A DNA stretch of 63,438 bases, the filler included, from Porpidia crustulata (Eukaryota), in the NCBI GenBank assembly GCA_964255105.1. It is 8 parts of 8 records of this genome, joined end to end, with 100 filler letters (N's around TTAATTAATTAA, not from the genome) between each part and the next. Parts side by side here need not be neighbours in the genome. Positions count along the whole stretch, not along the records: positions 55,623 to 63,438 come from CAXUWE010001229.1; 7 more parts are not named here. The stretch is one strand, 5' to 3'. This document shows positions 62,923 through 63,438 of this stretch, piece by piece; position 1 is the first letter of the stretch, and the number at the start of each line of letters is the position of its first letter. A model generated the notes under the pieces. The model saw nothing but the letters and a program-made list of their open reading frames with translations. It was not told where the DNA came from and did not search any database. Position numbers and translations under genes: made by a program.

Positions 62923-63438
62923 ATGTCAGGCGACAACTCCTCGACCATCAAGTCCTACGTCGACTCCGCCGTTGCTGGGGCTCAGTCCGTTGTGAGCAGC
63001 ATTACTGGTAACCCCGCCGACAAGGTAAGCTCTGTCCACTCACACCCTATATTGCCCCTTCCACTCCAAGTTTCCGCGCCCTCACTCCCCTCCTGAATCT
63101 CCACCAATCAACCCCGCATTATACATCACTAACCCCCACCAGTCCCAAGCCGAATCCACAAAAGACAAAGCCGCCCTCGAGAAAGACGCCTCTCACTCTG
63201 TCGGCAAACTCGGCCCCATCTCCGTTACCCCACAAGGCGGCATTGGAATTTACTCAACGGACAGCTCCGCGTGCTACTGGAAAGAAAGCGTCGGCAGTGC
63301 AAAGGAATCTCTCGGCGGTCTCGTTGGTGCCGAGGGCCTTAAGCGCGAGGGTCAGCAGCAGAACGCCGAGGGTAAAGGTCAGGAGGCCCAGGGCCAGCTG
63401 AGTGATTACGGGCATGGGGTTCAGGATCGCGCCAAAGG
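62923..63438 (+). CDS. LEA/CsbD-like stress-response protein, truncated at window end
   Basis: MSGDNSSTIKSYVDSAVAGAQSVVSSITGNPADK|SQAE..VGSAKESLGGLVGAEGLKREGQQQNAEGKGQEAQGQLSD; intron 63024-63141. Confidence 0.75.

Noticed and set aside
63240..63295. Odd segment GIYSTDSSACYWKES in the LEA/CsbD-like protein
   Set aside because: Composition departs from the surrounding family pattern near the contig end; likely sequencing noise, and untestable here.

Overview
Fungal (filamentous ascomycete, Pezizomycotina-like) genomic DNA with short spliceosomal introns. The window is not one locus. It is eight separate contigs of steadily decreasing length (7872, 7862, 7852, 7847, 7843, 7824, 7822, 7816 bp) joined by an artificial 100-bp spacer (44 N + TTAATTAATTAA + 44 N), so gene neighbourhood across spacers carries no meaning. 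Content is mostly conserved housekeeping genes: RPS7 (partial), CAB2, a Zn2Cys6 transcription factor, aminopeptidase P, an importin-13-like karyopherin, FUN14, PDX1/SNZ1, GlnRS, the P5A-ATPase SPF1, a hexose-6-phosphate mutarotase, RIF1, EGT1, a PIR cell-wall protein, a Gin4/Hsl1 kinase, a C2H2 transcription factor, RPL10, RPL30, a group I G-alpha, an Smr-domain protein and a LEA/CsbD-like protein. I found no multi-gene novel system, RNA gene, CRISPR array or intact transposon. The most interesting points are an accessory PD-(D/E)xK/Uma2-like nuclease gene with one in-frame TGA next to nested G-T-mismatched inverted repeats, an ATG start codon split by an intron (SPF1), two GC-AG introns, a DUS3/RPS7 chimeric junction, an unrecognised 8-ligand Cys/His motif and a lipid-anchor motif on the Smr protein. 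All family calls come from recognising motifs by eye; no database search was run.
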